NCBI RefSeq assembly: GCF_965214065.1
Contig: NZ_CBDCAT010000024.1
Coordinates: forward strand, 5,345 to 69,344
Reading direction: 5' to 3'
Length of the DNA stretch: 64,000 nt
Origin: Candidatus Poriferisocius sp.
GTDB taxonomy: Bacteria > Actinomycetota > Acidimicrobiia > Acidimicrobiales > Bin134
Below are positions 55,201-63,864 of this stretch, piece after piece (the first letter of the stretch is position 1; each line of letters opens with the position of its first letter). Made by a program: the position numbers and the translations under genes. The notes below the pieces were generated by a model. That model did not search any database. It was given only the letters and a program-made list of their open reading frames with translations, and was not told the DNA's origin.

Positions 55201-57656
55201 GCTATGGCGGGGTGGTTGGGCTCGCGGGTTCCGTCGGGGGAGGTCTGGGTGATCTCGATTTTCTTGTTGGCCCACGCGGCCTGCAACAGCTTGGGGGCGG
55301 GCCGCTCGGAGGTGCCCCACACCGAGACCATGGCCTCTCCCTGGGTGGCCAGGGTGCCGGCGAACCCGATGGCCCAGCCGCTGTCGGGCGAGTAGGACAC
55401 CTCCACGTCGCAGCTCTGTATGTCCAGGGTGTCGCAGATGAACTCGGCCACGTCCTCAGCGGGCAGCCACGGCGCGCCGCAGCACAGCGCGATGTCCGTC
55501 GGCGCGATGTCGGCGGGCACCGCCGCGGCCAGCGCCTCCGCGTTGGGGGCGTACTTTTCGCCGCCGTCTTCGGCTGCGGCCCGCCGGGCCAGGCGCAGCT
55601 TGGCCCGCACGTCGCCGCTCAAATAGCGGGGCGCGGCCTCCCACCGGGGCGGCCCGCCCCCGTCGGGGAACGGGTCCAGGTAGGCGACGCCCTGTTCGGC
55701 GAGGTCGTCGGGCGACCACTCGAACGAGGTGATGCCGGCCATGTACTCCAAGTCGAGGCGGCCGCGCCGCCCCATCGACGCGGCCGCGGCTTCGGCCAGG
55801 GTGGCGACCTCCACCGCGGCCTCGGGCGGCGTGTTGACCCGCCGCGACAAGATGTCGGCCTCGACGCACTCGCCGGTCTCGTGGCTGTAGTCGTCCAAGG
55901 CGATCACCCGCAGGTAATCGGGGTCGGCGGGCGACCCGGCCCACCCGGCGAACCCGCCGAGCTTGGGGTACACGCGGCGCAGCCCGCCCGACGCGACGGG
56001 CTCCTCGGCGTCGTCGGCGCGGCTGCGCGCTTGGACCTTGTAGTGGCTCAGCGGCCTGCCGGTGTGCGCTATGAACGACCGCCGGCGCGCCGCGAGGGTG
56101 TGCCGCAGCCGGTCAAGGTCGGCGTCTGGGAGGTTGGCGGCCTCTGCGGCGGTGAGGTCGCGGTGGGCGTCGCGCATGGCGCACACCAGGGCCAGCTCCA
56201 AGCGGGCGCCGATGTTCGACTCGGCCGGGCCGGCGTGCTCCGCGAGCCTCCCCTGCTCGACGCGGGCGAACCGGAACCGGGGCTTTTTGGTGCGGGTTCC
56301 GCTCTGGGTCTTCCAGGCGAAGATGCTCCCCTCCTGCGCCCAGGCCGGCCGCTGCCAGCCCGGCGGCGGCTCGCACACCTCGGCGTATCCCGCGTCGGTC
56401 TCGAGGGCGGGGGCGGGAAGGCGGCGGGCCAGCTCGATCCTTTCGGCCAGCCGGTCCACTGCCGCCTCCAGGTCGCCTCGCAGGTCGTCGCCGTCGTAGC
56501 GGACGACGAGCTGGTCGGCGGCGTAGAGGCCGCCGGACTCCCAGCGGCCCAGCACCAGGTCGGGGTGGTCCGCGTACCACCGGTTGTGCCAGTGCGCCTC
56601 GGCGGGGACCTTGGCGCCGTCGTCTGCGGTCCGGGCCGGCTTCATGAACGGCCCGCCGTCGGGGCGGACGGCCTCCACCGTGTCCTTCCACGGGGCCATG
56701 AGCCGGTTGGTGTCGGCCTCGATCTCGGCGCTGGTGGGCGCGGCGCCCTCGCCGTCGTGGCCGCGGCGCTGGAACACCACGATGTCGGTGGTCACGCCGG
56801 TGCCGGACTGGCGCTCGAACGCCGATCCCGGCAGGCGGATCGCGCCGAGGAAGCAGCCCAGCTCGCCGAGCCTTTGGCGCTGGGAGGGATTGAGGGCGTC
56901 GAGCGTCCCGGTGGAGGTGATCGCGATGAGGAGACCACCGGGCCGCAGCGTCCACAGCGCCTTGGCCAGCGCGTAGTTGTGCAGGCTCAGGCCCCGGTCC
57001 GCGGAGATCACCGGGTCGTACGGCTTGACGATCCCCGAGAACGGCACGTTGCCCACCGCCAGCTCGAAGCTGCCGGGGAGGGCTACCCCGGCCAGATCGG
57101 CGGTGATGACGGTGTGGCCGGGGTGGGCGGCCCTGCAGATCGCCGCGGTGGTCGGGTCCTTCTCGACGCCGGTTATGCGGGCGCCGTCGGGGGCGGTGGC
57201 CATGAACACGCCCGGCCCGCAGCCCGGCTCGATAGCGGCGCCCTGCTCGAAGCCGAGCTTTCGGGCCAGCCGCCAGATGGCCTCGGCGGCCATCGGGGAG
57301 GTGTAGTGGGCGTTGGGGGTGGTCGCCGACGCCAGCGCCATCTCCTCGCCGTCCAACAGCTCGGCCAGCTTCGGCCCGAACCGCTCGGCCAGCTCCGAGC
57401 CGGGCTCGAACAGGCTGGGCACCGCCCCCCACCCCGACCACCGCGCCAGCTCGCGCAGCTCTTCGTCGTTGGCGGGACCGCCCGCCTTGGCGATCTCGAT
57501 GGCGCGGAGGTTGGCGTTGATCCTCCCTATGTCCCCGCTGGGCGGGGCGTAGTCCCGGCCCCGAAGGCGGGTCAGTACGCCGGTATCGGATAGGCCAGAA
57601 GGCCCCTCAGCCCCTCCGGTGCGGTCTGGGTGCTCTTGGTGGCCCTGCGGGCCCAC
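52209..57656 (-). CDS. Giant N6-adenine DNA methyltransferase / SNF2-type helicase fusion (conjugative-element type); start uncertain
   Basis: MTase motif I is IEPGCGPGVFM and motif IV is AVGNVPFSG. Helicase Walker A is HTVGAGKTAVMATAAME, DEAH box is VMIDEAHCFKN, and the helicase-C region is STAKAGTGVNIQ...REGRIVRSGN. The track ORF extends to 58310, but that part is G/P/R-rich and overlaps the real gene 57572..58243. GTG 57656 is the nearest in-frame start. Confidence 0.85.
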   Translation of the reverse strand: MGPQGHQEHPDRTGGAEGPSGLSDTGVLTRLRGRDYAPPSGDIGRINANLRAIEIAKAGGPANDEELRELARWSGWGAVPSLFEPGSELAERFGPKLAELLDGEEMALASATTPNAHYTSPMAAEAIWRLARKLGFEQGAAIEPGCGPGVFMATAPDGARITGVEKDPTTAAICRAAHPGHTVITADLAGVALPGSFELAVGNVPFSGIVKPYDPVISADRGLSLHNYALAKALWTLRPGGLLIAITSTGTLDALNPSQRQRLGELGCFLGAIRLPGSAFERQSGTGVTTDIVVFQRRGHDGEGAAPTSAEIEADTNRLMAPWKDTVEAVRPDGGPFMKPARTADDGAKVPAEAHWHNRWYADHPDLVLGRWESGGLYAADQLVVRYDGDDLRGDLEAAVDRLAERIELARRLPAPALETDAGYAEVCEPPPGWQRPAWAQEGSIFAWKTQSGTRTKKPRFRFARVEQGRLAEHAGPAESNIGARLELALVCAMRDAHRDLTAAEAANLPDADLDRLRHTLAARRRSFIAHTGRPLSHYKVQARSRADDAEEPVASGGLRRVYPKLGGFAGWAGSPADPDYLRVIALDDYSHETGECVEADILSRRVNTPPEAAVEVATLAEAAAASMGRRGRLDLEYMAGITSFEWSPDDLAEQGVAYLDPFPDGGGPPRWEAAPRYLSGDVRAKLRLARRAAAEDGGEKYAPNAEALAAAVPADIAPTDIALCCGAPWLPAEDVAEFICDTLDIQSCDVEVSYSPDSGWAIGFAGTLATQGEAMVSVWGTSERPAPKLLQAAWANKKIEITQTSPDGTREPNHPAIAAARAKIDKWNAELRRWAFDTDPERCDRLAALYNDTYNCFIAPQYPPEWLGHPAGLIDSFTLRDHQASAVCRILHEGDVLLAHTVGAGKTAVMATAAMEMRRLGICAKPLIAVPNHLVAQFCRDMQTLYPNASILMPDGGATPTGQRRRKEFIARAMNGDWDAIVIPLSFFNRLPASPSAVAAFNAQRIEDLEAQLRGERDGEAAAGAAKARQKVIEQVLENRRQENRDLAHRQMALWHQQGVAFEELGVDYVMIDEAHCFKNLPLVSQNRDLAQSSPSIWAQAMEVKAFALRARNRELGVNRGALTFATGTPVTNAPWEIYVMQRFLQPGLLRQRRLWSFDSWAAAFAESVLRAEPSPRGADWKVKSRLRAYKNLPELAGLLSLCCDIKTAGDLDLDRPAIAGSAPETVLVPGSPRMVAYQEWLQRRSENLGENPQWDNMLSICNDGRKATLDLRLVGVDQPSPSKVQACAERVARIRDAHARRRFLDPATGTEHRAPGACQIVFCDLGTPGEHKAFTVYDALGAELEARGVPRAEIEFVHDHDSPAAKDALFRRCRQGDVSVLVASTAKAGTGVNIQTRLAALHHLDPAWTPASMEQREGRIVRSGNQFDEVQVIRYCQESSFDTFMYSTLDSKAQFIAQFLSGRHHGRTMEYEDSGEAMGTDDFAAAMAVSSGDPRVVRRAELTHDIRELELLQEAHDIERWRTSTRLKFWHQSLPAKRAKLEALKPLAVPAQTAGSVRVTPGRSLPAGSGDSPDEQLRCELEAVYHRREDADTRVAEVAGLEVAARHVVDDDMRAVEVRIGPPEAGIGFTIEGRDIAAGRLRPATRVANTVNKVPDTAAGTAADIDRITQSIPIAEKQIHQDWPHAQELRDKKTELKRVEADLYANPIERDKDEGFYKALLDQPEKRKSASTLVNLGEFAHRPAPPPQLGDNGLSADSPSDNGLSADSPGDNGLSADSPGDNGLSADGSAAAEGLSATSRGRGVSTGGAGIGL
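52281..52400 (-). repeat. 30-bp in-frame tandem repeat (about 3.9 copies) at the 3' end of the giant gene
   Basis: Unit GTCTGCGCTGAGGCCGTTGTCGCCGGGGCT at 52281, 52311, 52341 (1 mismatch) and 52371 (partial). It encodes DNGLSADSP(G/S) repeats. Confidence 0.9.
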
Positions 57657-58243
57657 TGGGCCGCCTGGGTGAACACCAGATGGCGCTCCGCTCGGCTGAT
57701 CCTGTGGTCCAGGGTGTGCTGGAGGTCGGCCACCGTCATCTGCGCGGGGGTCCGCTGGTGCGGGCCGGTCGCCTGCGTCGCCGCCCAGATCACCCCGTCG
57801 GCCAGCTCGGCCCGGCCCAGGTACTCCAGACCCGAGATCTCGAACATCTCGCAGTCCAGGGCCGGGTCGTAGGCCGGGTAGTCCACTTCCTTGGGGATCT
57901 GGACCCACTCGGCCCGCACCATCTGCGCGGCCTGCCGTTCGATCTCCCGCTCCGCGTGGCGCGTCTGCTGGCCGCCCAGCCCCGGCGGCAGGGCTCGCGT
58001 CTGGTGGTCTTTGATCTGGGCCCACATCGCCCAGCACCGGTCCCCGACCTCGTTGAAGTGCGCGGTCACGTGGTCCTGCGTCGCCGTGCCGGCCGGGGTG
58101 CGGCGCATCAGCTTGCCCAGGCTGTACGGCGTCCACATCGCCTGCCACTCCCACGCCGCCAGCGCCCATTCCTCCAGCGCCGGCACCGGTTCCAGGTGGC
58201 GCAAGGGGGCCACCTCCGGCGCTGGGAGCGTCAGCTGGATCAT
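57572..58243 (-). CDS. Hypothetical transfer-operon protein
   Basis: ATG 58243 with AGGAGG RBS. 223 aa with balanced W/Y/E/K-containing composition. Confidence 0.55.
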   Translation of the reverse strand: MIQLTLPAPEVAPLRHLEPVPALEEWALAAWEWQAMWTPYSLGKLMRRTPAGTATQDHVTAHFNEVGDRCWAMWAQIKDHQTRALPPGLGGQQTRHAEREIERQAAQMVRAEWVQIPKEVDYPAYDPALDCEMFEISGLEYLGRAELADGVIWAATQATGPHQRTPAQMTVADLQHTLDHRISRAERHLVFTQAAQWARRATKSTQTAPEGLRGLLAYPIPAY

Positions 58244-58328
58244 CGGGGGCCTCCTGGTCGGGGCCGAACAGGCAGAGCTGGTCGGCGCTGGCGCGGTCTC
58301 TGCGGACCATTTTACGGGCGCCTGCGAC

Positions 58329-59069
58329 CTATTCTTCCCCCAGCGCGGGGGGCGGGGGCCGGTGAGCGAGGGCGGTGACGCCGATCTGCCCGTCGGCATC
58401 GGCCCGCACGGCCACCCAGAACCGGTACCGGCGCTGCGCGCCGCCCGCCGCGGCGGCGTCCACGTCTACGGGCAGCACCGCTATCGGCGCTCCGGGCACC
58501 GCCAGGGGCTGGCCGGCCCCGGCGATCGACCACTCGGGGTAGGCCACCGCGGGCGGGTCGGGGCGGAACCCGGCATGGGTCCACCGCCACGGGTCGTCGC
58601 CGGCCAACCACGCCCCCAGAAAGCCCACCGCGGTCTGCCACCGCACGTCGCCGGCGGCCGCGGGCGGGATGTCCGCGTACGCCTCGACCGGGACGACCGG
58701 GGCTGCCGCGACTGCGGCCGGGGGCCACGGGGCCTGCCATCCCGCGGGGGTGCGGACCACGGTGATCGCGACGTGCTCGCCGCCGGGCAGAGCGGCGGTC
58801 ACCGCCGCCGCGTCGGCGTCGAGCCATTCCACGCCCGCCACCGCGACGCGCTGGCCGGCCCATTCGTCGAGGCGGGCCTGCGCCACCGCCGCCGCGTTCA
58901 CCGGCGCCGACGCCTCCTGCGGAGAGGGGCCCTGCGCCGGGGCGGTGACGACTTGCGACGGCGACGAGCACTTGGCCGCCACGACGGTGGCTGTGACGAT
59001 TGCCAGCAGCGCGGCCGCGGCCGCGAGCGCCCTGCGGAGCCGGGTGGTGTCGATGCTGTTGTTGCCCAT
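58329..59069 (-). CDS. Membrane-anchored/lipoprotein-like conjugation-associated protein
   Basis: ATG 59069 with AAGGAG RBS. Signal/anchor is ALAAAAALLAIVTATVVAAKCSS. Lies between the ArdC-like gene and the giant MTase-helicase. Confidence 0.55.
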   Translation of the reverse strand: MGNNSIDTTRLRRALAAAAALLAIVTATVVAAKCSSPSQVVTAPAQGPSPQEASAPVNAAAVAQARLDEWAGQRVAVAGVEWLDADAAAVTAALPGGEHVAITVVRTPAGWQAPWPPAAVAAAPVVPVEAYADIPPAAAGDVRWQTAVGFLGAWLAGDDPWRWTHAGFRPDPPAVAYPEWSIAGAGQPLAVPGAPIAVLPVDVDAAAAGGAQRRYRFWVAVRADADGQIGVTALAHRPPPPALGEE

Positions 59070-59080
59070 GGGGTTCTCCT

Positions 59081-59914
59081 TCAGTCGATGAACGGGTGCG
59101 GATATCCGGCGTCGAGGGCGGCCGCGCCTTGATGCGGGGCTTCGAGCTGGTGCGCGGCGATCTGCTCGACCACCGACGCGGCCAGCCGGGCCGCGTCTGC
59201 GGTGGCCGCCAGCGCGGCCCCGCCGCCGTCGGGGCCGCGCAACAGCTCCGACCACTCCTCGACCACGTCGGGGGCCGGGCGGTCGGGCCAGTACGCAAAT
59301 CCCAGCGCGTTGACCGCCACCTGCGACGCCAGCACGCCCACGAGGCTCTCCCGGGCGTCCTGCCAGCCCGCCGGGCGGCCCAGCGCCGCGCCGGTCTGGG
59401 CGACGGCGACCTCCGCGAGCTGCGACGCCCGGCGCTCCGGGTCCTCCTCGGTGCTCGCCACCCCGCCGCCGGCGAAGAGGCGGTCGATGTCGGCGGCCTC
59501 CAGCGGCGGCGGGGCCGCGAACCGCTCGTCGGGGGCTGCGGGCTCGGCAAGCTGGCAGGCGTTGTACACCGTCACCGCCCGCAGCCCGCCGAGGCCGGCG
59601 TGAAGCGTGACGATTCCCGGCTCCCCTGCCCGCAGGGCGCGCCCGGCGCCCTGCCAGGACTCCTCGGTCGCCCACGCGCCGGTGGGCGCCCCGCCGATGG
59701 CGGTGCGGCCTGCCGCCAGCGCGTACCGGTTGATGCCCGACCACACCGTGTTGTTGACCGGGTCGTGCGGCTGGGCCGGCCCGATGGCGTCCCAGCACCC
59801 GCTCCAGCGCTCGTCCGCATGGGACCGCTCCGCGCTGGCCGCCAGCGCCGCCGCGATGTGCGCGGCGACGCTCTCGGCCCGCTCCGTCTCATACACCGCA
59901 GAGCTCGTGCCCAT
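59081..59914 (-). CDS. ArdC-like ssDNA-binding (DUF1738 N-terminal domain) protein
   Basis: NTVWSGINRYALA...WATEESWQGAGRALRAGEPGIV matches the ArdC N-domain pattern (YsGiN.llL...W.Tf.Qa..lG..vrkGe.g). No HExxH protease domain. Confidence 0.65.
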   Translation of the reverse strand: MGTSSAVYETERAESVAAHIAAALAASAERSHADERWSGCWDAIGPAQPHDPVNNTVWSGINRYALAAGRTAIGGAPTGAWATEESWQGAGRALRAGEPGIVTLHAGLGGLRAVTVYNACQLAEPAAPDERFAAPPPLEAADIDRLFAGGGVASTEEDPERRASQLAEVAVAQTGAALGRPAGWQDARESLVGVLASQVAVNALGFAYWPDRPAPDVVEEWSELLRGPDGGGAALAATADAARLAASVVEQIAAHQLEAPHQGAAALDAGYPHPFID

Positions 59915-62222
59915 GGCGCACCTCCTCCTGTTGTGTTCCCGAAAGGTCGACCACGCAGCCCGACGGGTGCAGGCCGAACGCGCCGTCCGCGTCCTCGAAC
60001 GTCAACATCTCGTATTGCGGGGCGGCCTCGGACCGCCGCGCCTTGACGCCCTCCACGCTGATCCCCAGCGCGTTGTCCGCCTCCAGCACCGGAGGCGGCA
60101 GCCACCCGCCGGCACCGCCGGCACCGCCGGCACCGCCGTCGCTGGCCTCGGCGGGTTCCGCAGCCTCGGCGAAGGGGACGGCCTGGGCCAGCCGGGCCCT
60201 GATGTTCTCGTGGGCCTCGGCCAGCTCGTCCCGGTCGATGCCGGCGAGCAGGCTCGCGCCCGCGAACCTGTCGAGGGCGTCGACGTCGGGGCTCTCATAG
60301 AGCACCTCGTAGGGCGGCACATCCGGCGCCTCCGGGGGGTAGTCGAACAGCCGCCCGGGGCCCTCGGAGGCGGGCTGCCCGCCGCCGTCTCCCGCCACGG
60401 CCTCCGCGATGCCCGGGGCCTCGAAAGGCTCCAACTCGCCGGGCGCCTCGCCGGGAGGCCCCGGCGGGCCTTCCGCCTCCGGCCGCGGATCGCCCGCTTC
60501 CTCGGGGGCGCCGCCGAGCCAGCGGTCGGCGTCGGCGAGCCGGAACTTGAAGGGCTTGCGGTTGCCGGCCACCGCCATCGCGTAGCCGTCTTCGATCATC
60601 CGCCAGCCCGCCGCGGTCGCCACCGCCGACTCGTCGTCATCGTCGTCGGTGAGGGTCACGAACGTCTGCAGCGCCGCCGAGTCCGACGATCCGGGCAGCA
60701 CGACCTTCACCGCGCAGTTGTCCATGATCGTCGTGGCGTGCTCCCTGCCCCAGCTCGCGGCGAGCTGCGCGGGGGTCTGTATGCCGATGATGACCTGCGC
60801 GCGGGACCGGATCGTCGAGATCAGCTTCGGCATGTCGTTCAAGCGGGCGAGATTGGCGAACTCGTCGAGGGCGAACAGCGGGCGGGTGTGGGACACGTCG
60901 GGGTCGAGCACCGCGGTCTCAGCGACGTGGAACAGATGGCGCAGCACCGCGCCGAACAGCGCTTCGTGGGTGGACTGCGACGAGTGGTCGGCGATCAGAA
61001 ACAGCGTGTCCGACCCGCCGTTGACGGTCACGTCCACCGGCACCGGCGCCACCTTGGCGCCGGCTCTGGCCGTCCACTTCAGGCTGCGGGTCAGCTCGTG
61101 CGCGGTCGCCTCGATGGACCCCGCGATGCGGGAGTCCTTCTTCGCGTCGCTGGCGAGCTGGTCGAGGGCCTCTTTGGCCTCCGGCGACAGCTTCTTGCGC
61201 AGCGCCGCGTCTTCGGCGATCTCGGCGAACACCGACAGCTTCGTCATCCAGCCGACCACCGTCGACAGCTGCGCGCCGATCTCCGAGGCGATCAAAAGCA
61301 TGTCGCTCAGCGCGGCCTGCACCAGGTTCGGCCACACCGCCTGGTTTCCCTGGCCCGCCGCGCTGGCCTGGCCGGCGAGGAACTGCGCCAGCATGTCGGC
61401 GTTCTCGCGGGTCGGGTCGGCGGCCATGTAGCGCACCGGGTCCCACGACACCGGGGTGATCCCGTTGGCGGCCATCCAGCCGTGCAGCCGCCCGGTCGGC
61501 TCGAACCCGTACACCCTGCCCTTGGCCCTGCGGTGCTCAAGCGCCAGCTCGGCCAAGTCCTGCTTCACCGACGTTGCGACCACCGGGCCGGGATAGTGCG
61601 CCGTGTTCGGCCCCAGGAACCGGCGGGTCTTGCCCGAGCCCGTCGATCCCACCACCAGCACCGGCAAGCCGTCCGCGGCCACCAGATGGCGCCGCCGCCA
61701 GCGTCCGATGAGCACGCCCGGGCCCGGGCACCGGTAGTCGTAGGGGGCGGGCACCGGCCACCGCCGCCGGATGAAGTCCCGCTCGGGCCGCTCCGGGTTC
61801 TTGCGCCCCGCCAAAAGCCCCGCGGGCGCCCCGGCGGGCATCGACGGCATCGGCCAGCCCGCGGCCCGCCACTCCACCGCCAGCGCGCCCAGCGCCACCG
61901 GCACTGCCACCGCCAACACGGCGAACACCGCCAGCCACCACGCGGTCGCAATCGCCGTGACGTCGCCGCCGGCCATCAGCCACGCCACGTCCAAGCGCCG
62001 GCCCTGGGCCAGACCCCATACCGCCCGCAGCAGCACCGTGGTGGCGGGCCAGCCCATCGAGCGGCCCGCAGCCCACGTGCCCAGCACGAACGACACGCCC
62101 ATCGACCACCACAGCACCGGCACCCCGATGGCCGGCACCGCCAGCCACCACATGTTCGGCGCCTCGAACCACCACTCGCGCCCCGCCCCTCCCGCGGCCG
62201 GCCGGGTTTCCCGCTCACCCAT
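59889..62222 (-). CDS. Type IV secretion coupling protein (VirD4/TraG/TraD family)
   Basis: 777 aa. N-terminal TMs, Walker A VLVVGSTGSGKTRRF, Walker B-like LFALDEFANL and an acidic C-terminal tail. Confidence 0.85.
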   Translation of the reverse strand: MGERETRPAAGGAGREWWFEAPNMWWLAVPAIGVPVLWWSMGVSFVLGTWAAGRSMGWPATTVLLRAVWGLAQGRRLDVAWLMAGGDVTAIATAWWLAVFAVLAVAVPVALGALAVEWRAAGWPMPSMPAGAPAGLLAGRKNPERPERDFIRRRWPVPAPYDYRCPGPGVLIGRWRRRHLVAADGLPVLVVGSTGSGKTRRFLGPNTAHYPGPVVATSVKQDLAELALEHRRAKGRVYGFEPTGRLHGWMAANGITPVSWDPVRYMAADPTRENADMLAQFLAGQASAAGQGNQAVWPNLVQAALSDMLLIASEIGAQLSTVVGWMTKLSVFAEIAEDAALRKKLSPEAKEALDQLASDAKKDSRIAGSIEATAHELTRSLKWTARAGAKVAPVPVDVTVNGGSDTLFLIADHSSQSTHEALFGAVLRHLFHVAETAVLDPDVSHTRPLFALDEFANLARLNDMPKLISTIRSRAQVIIGIQTPAQLAASWGREHATTIMDNCAVKVVLPGSSDSAALQTFVTLTDDDDDESAVATAAGWRMIEDGYAMAVAGNRKPFKFRLADADRWLGGAPEEAGDPRPEAEGPPGPPGEAPGELEPFEAPGIAEAVAGDGGGQPASEGPGRLFDYPPEAPDVPPYEVLYESPDVDALDRFAGASLLAGIDRDELAEAHENIRARLAQAVPFAEAAEPAEASDGGAGGAGGAGGWLPPPVLEADNALGISVEGVKARRSEAAPQYEMLTFEDADGAFGLHPSGCVVDLSGTQQEEVRHGHELCGV

Positions 62223-63864
62223 GGGCGCACTCCCTGATCGGATTCGGACCGGACTCCGATCCCCGCCCGCCCTCGGCCGCCCCGTCGTCTGAGGCGGCGT
62301 AGGCGTCGTCGATTGCCTGCGGCGACCAGGGCTTCCCGCCCGCCCAGTGGGCGAACACCGCTCCGGGGCACGCCGGGCGCCCGTCGGGCGCCAGCAGCGC
62401 CACCGCCACCTCGCCGCCCGCGGCGGTCCCGATCATCTGCCCGGCCCGCACCGGGCCGCCGGCGTGGCGGCGGGGCTCGATGCCGCACAGCTGCCACGCC
62501 CAGCCGTGTTCGTCGGCGACGCTCACGCAGTCTTTCGCCGTCGCAGCGGCGTCGCCGCCAGCCGGCGACGCGACCACTGCGCCCGCGACGGCGGGCAGCG
62601 CCAGCACCGGCGACGGGGCCGACCATGCCGGATCTCCGGCGGGCAGGTGGTAGGGCCACCACCGGGGCGCGACCGTGTGCTCGGGCGCCGCCCCGTCGAT
62701 GTCGGGCGACGCCGCCAACGGCGGCGGGTTCACGGCCAGCGGCCAGCCCAGCCCGGCGCCGGCGGCGAGCCGGGGAAGCTGCGCCCAGCGCGCCGTGTCT
62801 CCGGCGAACAGCACTTTGCCCTCGGCGACGACCGGCCCCTCAGAGCCGATGCCGGCCAGGGCGTCCTGCCAGGCGGCGACGATCTCTGGGGCCTCGTCCA
62901 CCGCCCACGCGCACCGGCCCCCGACGCAGTGGGGCTCCACGTCGGCGCGAAAGCCGCTCAGCGCCGCCCAGCGGGCTACCACCGACGCCATCATCGGCTG
63001 CGCCTGCTCCAGCGGCGACCCCTCGGGCACCGCGGCGTGTCCCAGCGGCAGCCCATCGGGCAAAAGCGCCGCCTCGTCCTCGTCGAATTCCGCGACCAGC
63101 GCCACGTACTCGGCGGTCACGTCGGCCGCGTACTGCTCGGAGCGGTTGTAAGCCAAGATCGCCCCGCGCGCGTCGGGGCCGGCCAGGCACAAAAGGCGGG
63201 CCGCGGTCAGCGCCGCGTCCCATGCGTTGTGCGGGTCGGCTGTGCCGTCGCGGTTGGCGTCTGCGCCGAGTCGGGCCATCGTCGAGGGGAGGATCTGCAT
63301 CGGCCCGACAGCCCGGTCGCCGGACACGTCGAGGTCCCATGTGCCCGCGTCGGTGTCGGCGACCACCTCGTACTGCGGGTTCGCGCCGTCGAGCGCCGGC
63401 CCGACGATCCACGGCGACACATCCCCGAACGCGTTGATGTCCGCTGCGGCTGCGTGGCGCGACTCGATCTTGCCCACGGCCGCCACCAGCCGCCAGTCCG
63501 CCCGGTGCCAGCCGCCGCCGTCTTCGTCGCGCCCCTGCGGATCGCCGTCCGCGCCCGCCATCCACACCGCGCCCGACGCCGGATGGCACCACAGCCGCGA
63601 CGAGTGCTGGTACGCCGCCCACAGCTGCGCTGGCACCCCGCCTCGGCGGGCCTGCTCGGCTGTGCCGGCCGCAGCGCCCGACCCTGCGGTGTCCAAGGCC
63701 GCGCCGGCCATGAGCGCCAACAGCGCCGCCGCCGCGGCGAACCACGGCCACCGGCGGCGGACGACCCGCCCGATGCGCCCAGCCGCCCGAACGCCCCGCA
63801 GCGCGACCTGGGCGTTGGGGGGCAGGGCCCTGCCGATCAGCTTCGACGCCTTCTTCGCGCTCAT
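62215..63864 (-). CDS. Conjugation cell-wall hydrolase: lytic transglycosylase (SLT) + M23-like peptidase domain
   Basis: N-terminal TM. SLT core is AVGKIESRHAA...GPMQILPSTMARLGADANRDGTADPHNAWDAALTAARLL. The C-terminal region resembles M23/LytM (GGPVRAGQMIGTAAGGEVAV). Confidence 0.75.
   Translation of the reverse strand: MSAKKASKLIGRALPPNAQVALRGVRAAGRIGRVVRRRWPWFAAAAALLALMAGAALDTAGSGAAAGTAEQARRGGVPAQLWAAYQHSSRLWCHPASGAVWMAGADGDPQGRDEDGGGWHRADWRLVAAVGKIESRHAAAADINAFGDVSPWIVGPALDGANPQYEVVADTDAGTWDLDVSGDRAVGPMQILPSTMARLGADANRDGTADPHNAWDAALTAARLLCLAGPDARGAILAYNRSEQYAADVTAEYVALVAEFDEDEAALLPDGLPLGHAAVPEGSPLEQAQPMMASVVARWAALSGFRADVEPHCVGGRCAWAVDEAPEIVAAWQDALAGIGSEGPVVAEGKVLFAGDTARWAQLPRLAAGAGLGWPLAVNPPPLAASPDIDGAAPEHTVAPRWWPYHLPAGDPAWSAPSPVLALPAVAGAVVASPAGGDAAATAKDCVSVADEHGWAWQLCGIEPRRHAGGPVRAGQMIGTAAGGEVAVALLAPDGRPACPGAVFAHWAGGKPWSPQAIDDAYAASDDGAAEGGRGSESGPNPIRECAHG

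Noticed and set aside
51970-55320. Very long ORFs overlapping called genes on the opposite strand or in other frames. Examples: 51970..55320(-), 54426..57593(+), 59607..62237(+), 45195..46286(-), 48835..50460 N-terminal half, 50097..52097(+), 4237..5412(-), 1345..2523(-), 668..1276(-), 62313..63437(+), 9612..10505(-).
   Set aside because: Their translations are dominated by R/G/P/A with long low-complexity runs and no motifs. The overlapping frame carries clear domain signatures in each case. These are typical stop-codon-poor shadow ORFs of high-GC DNA.
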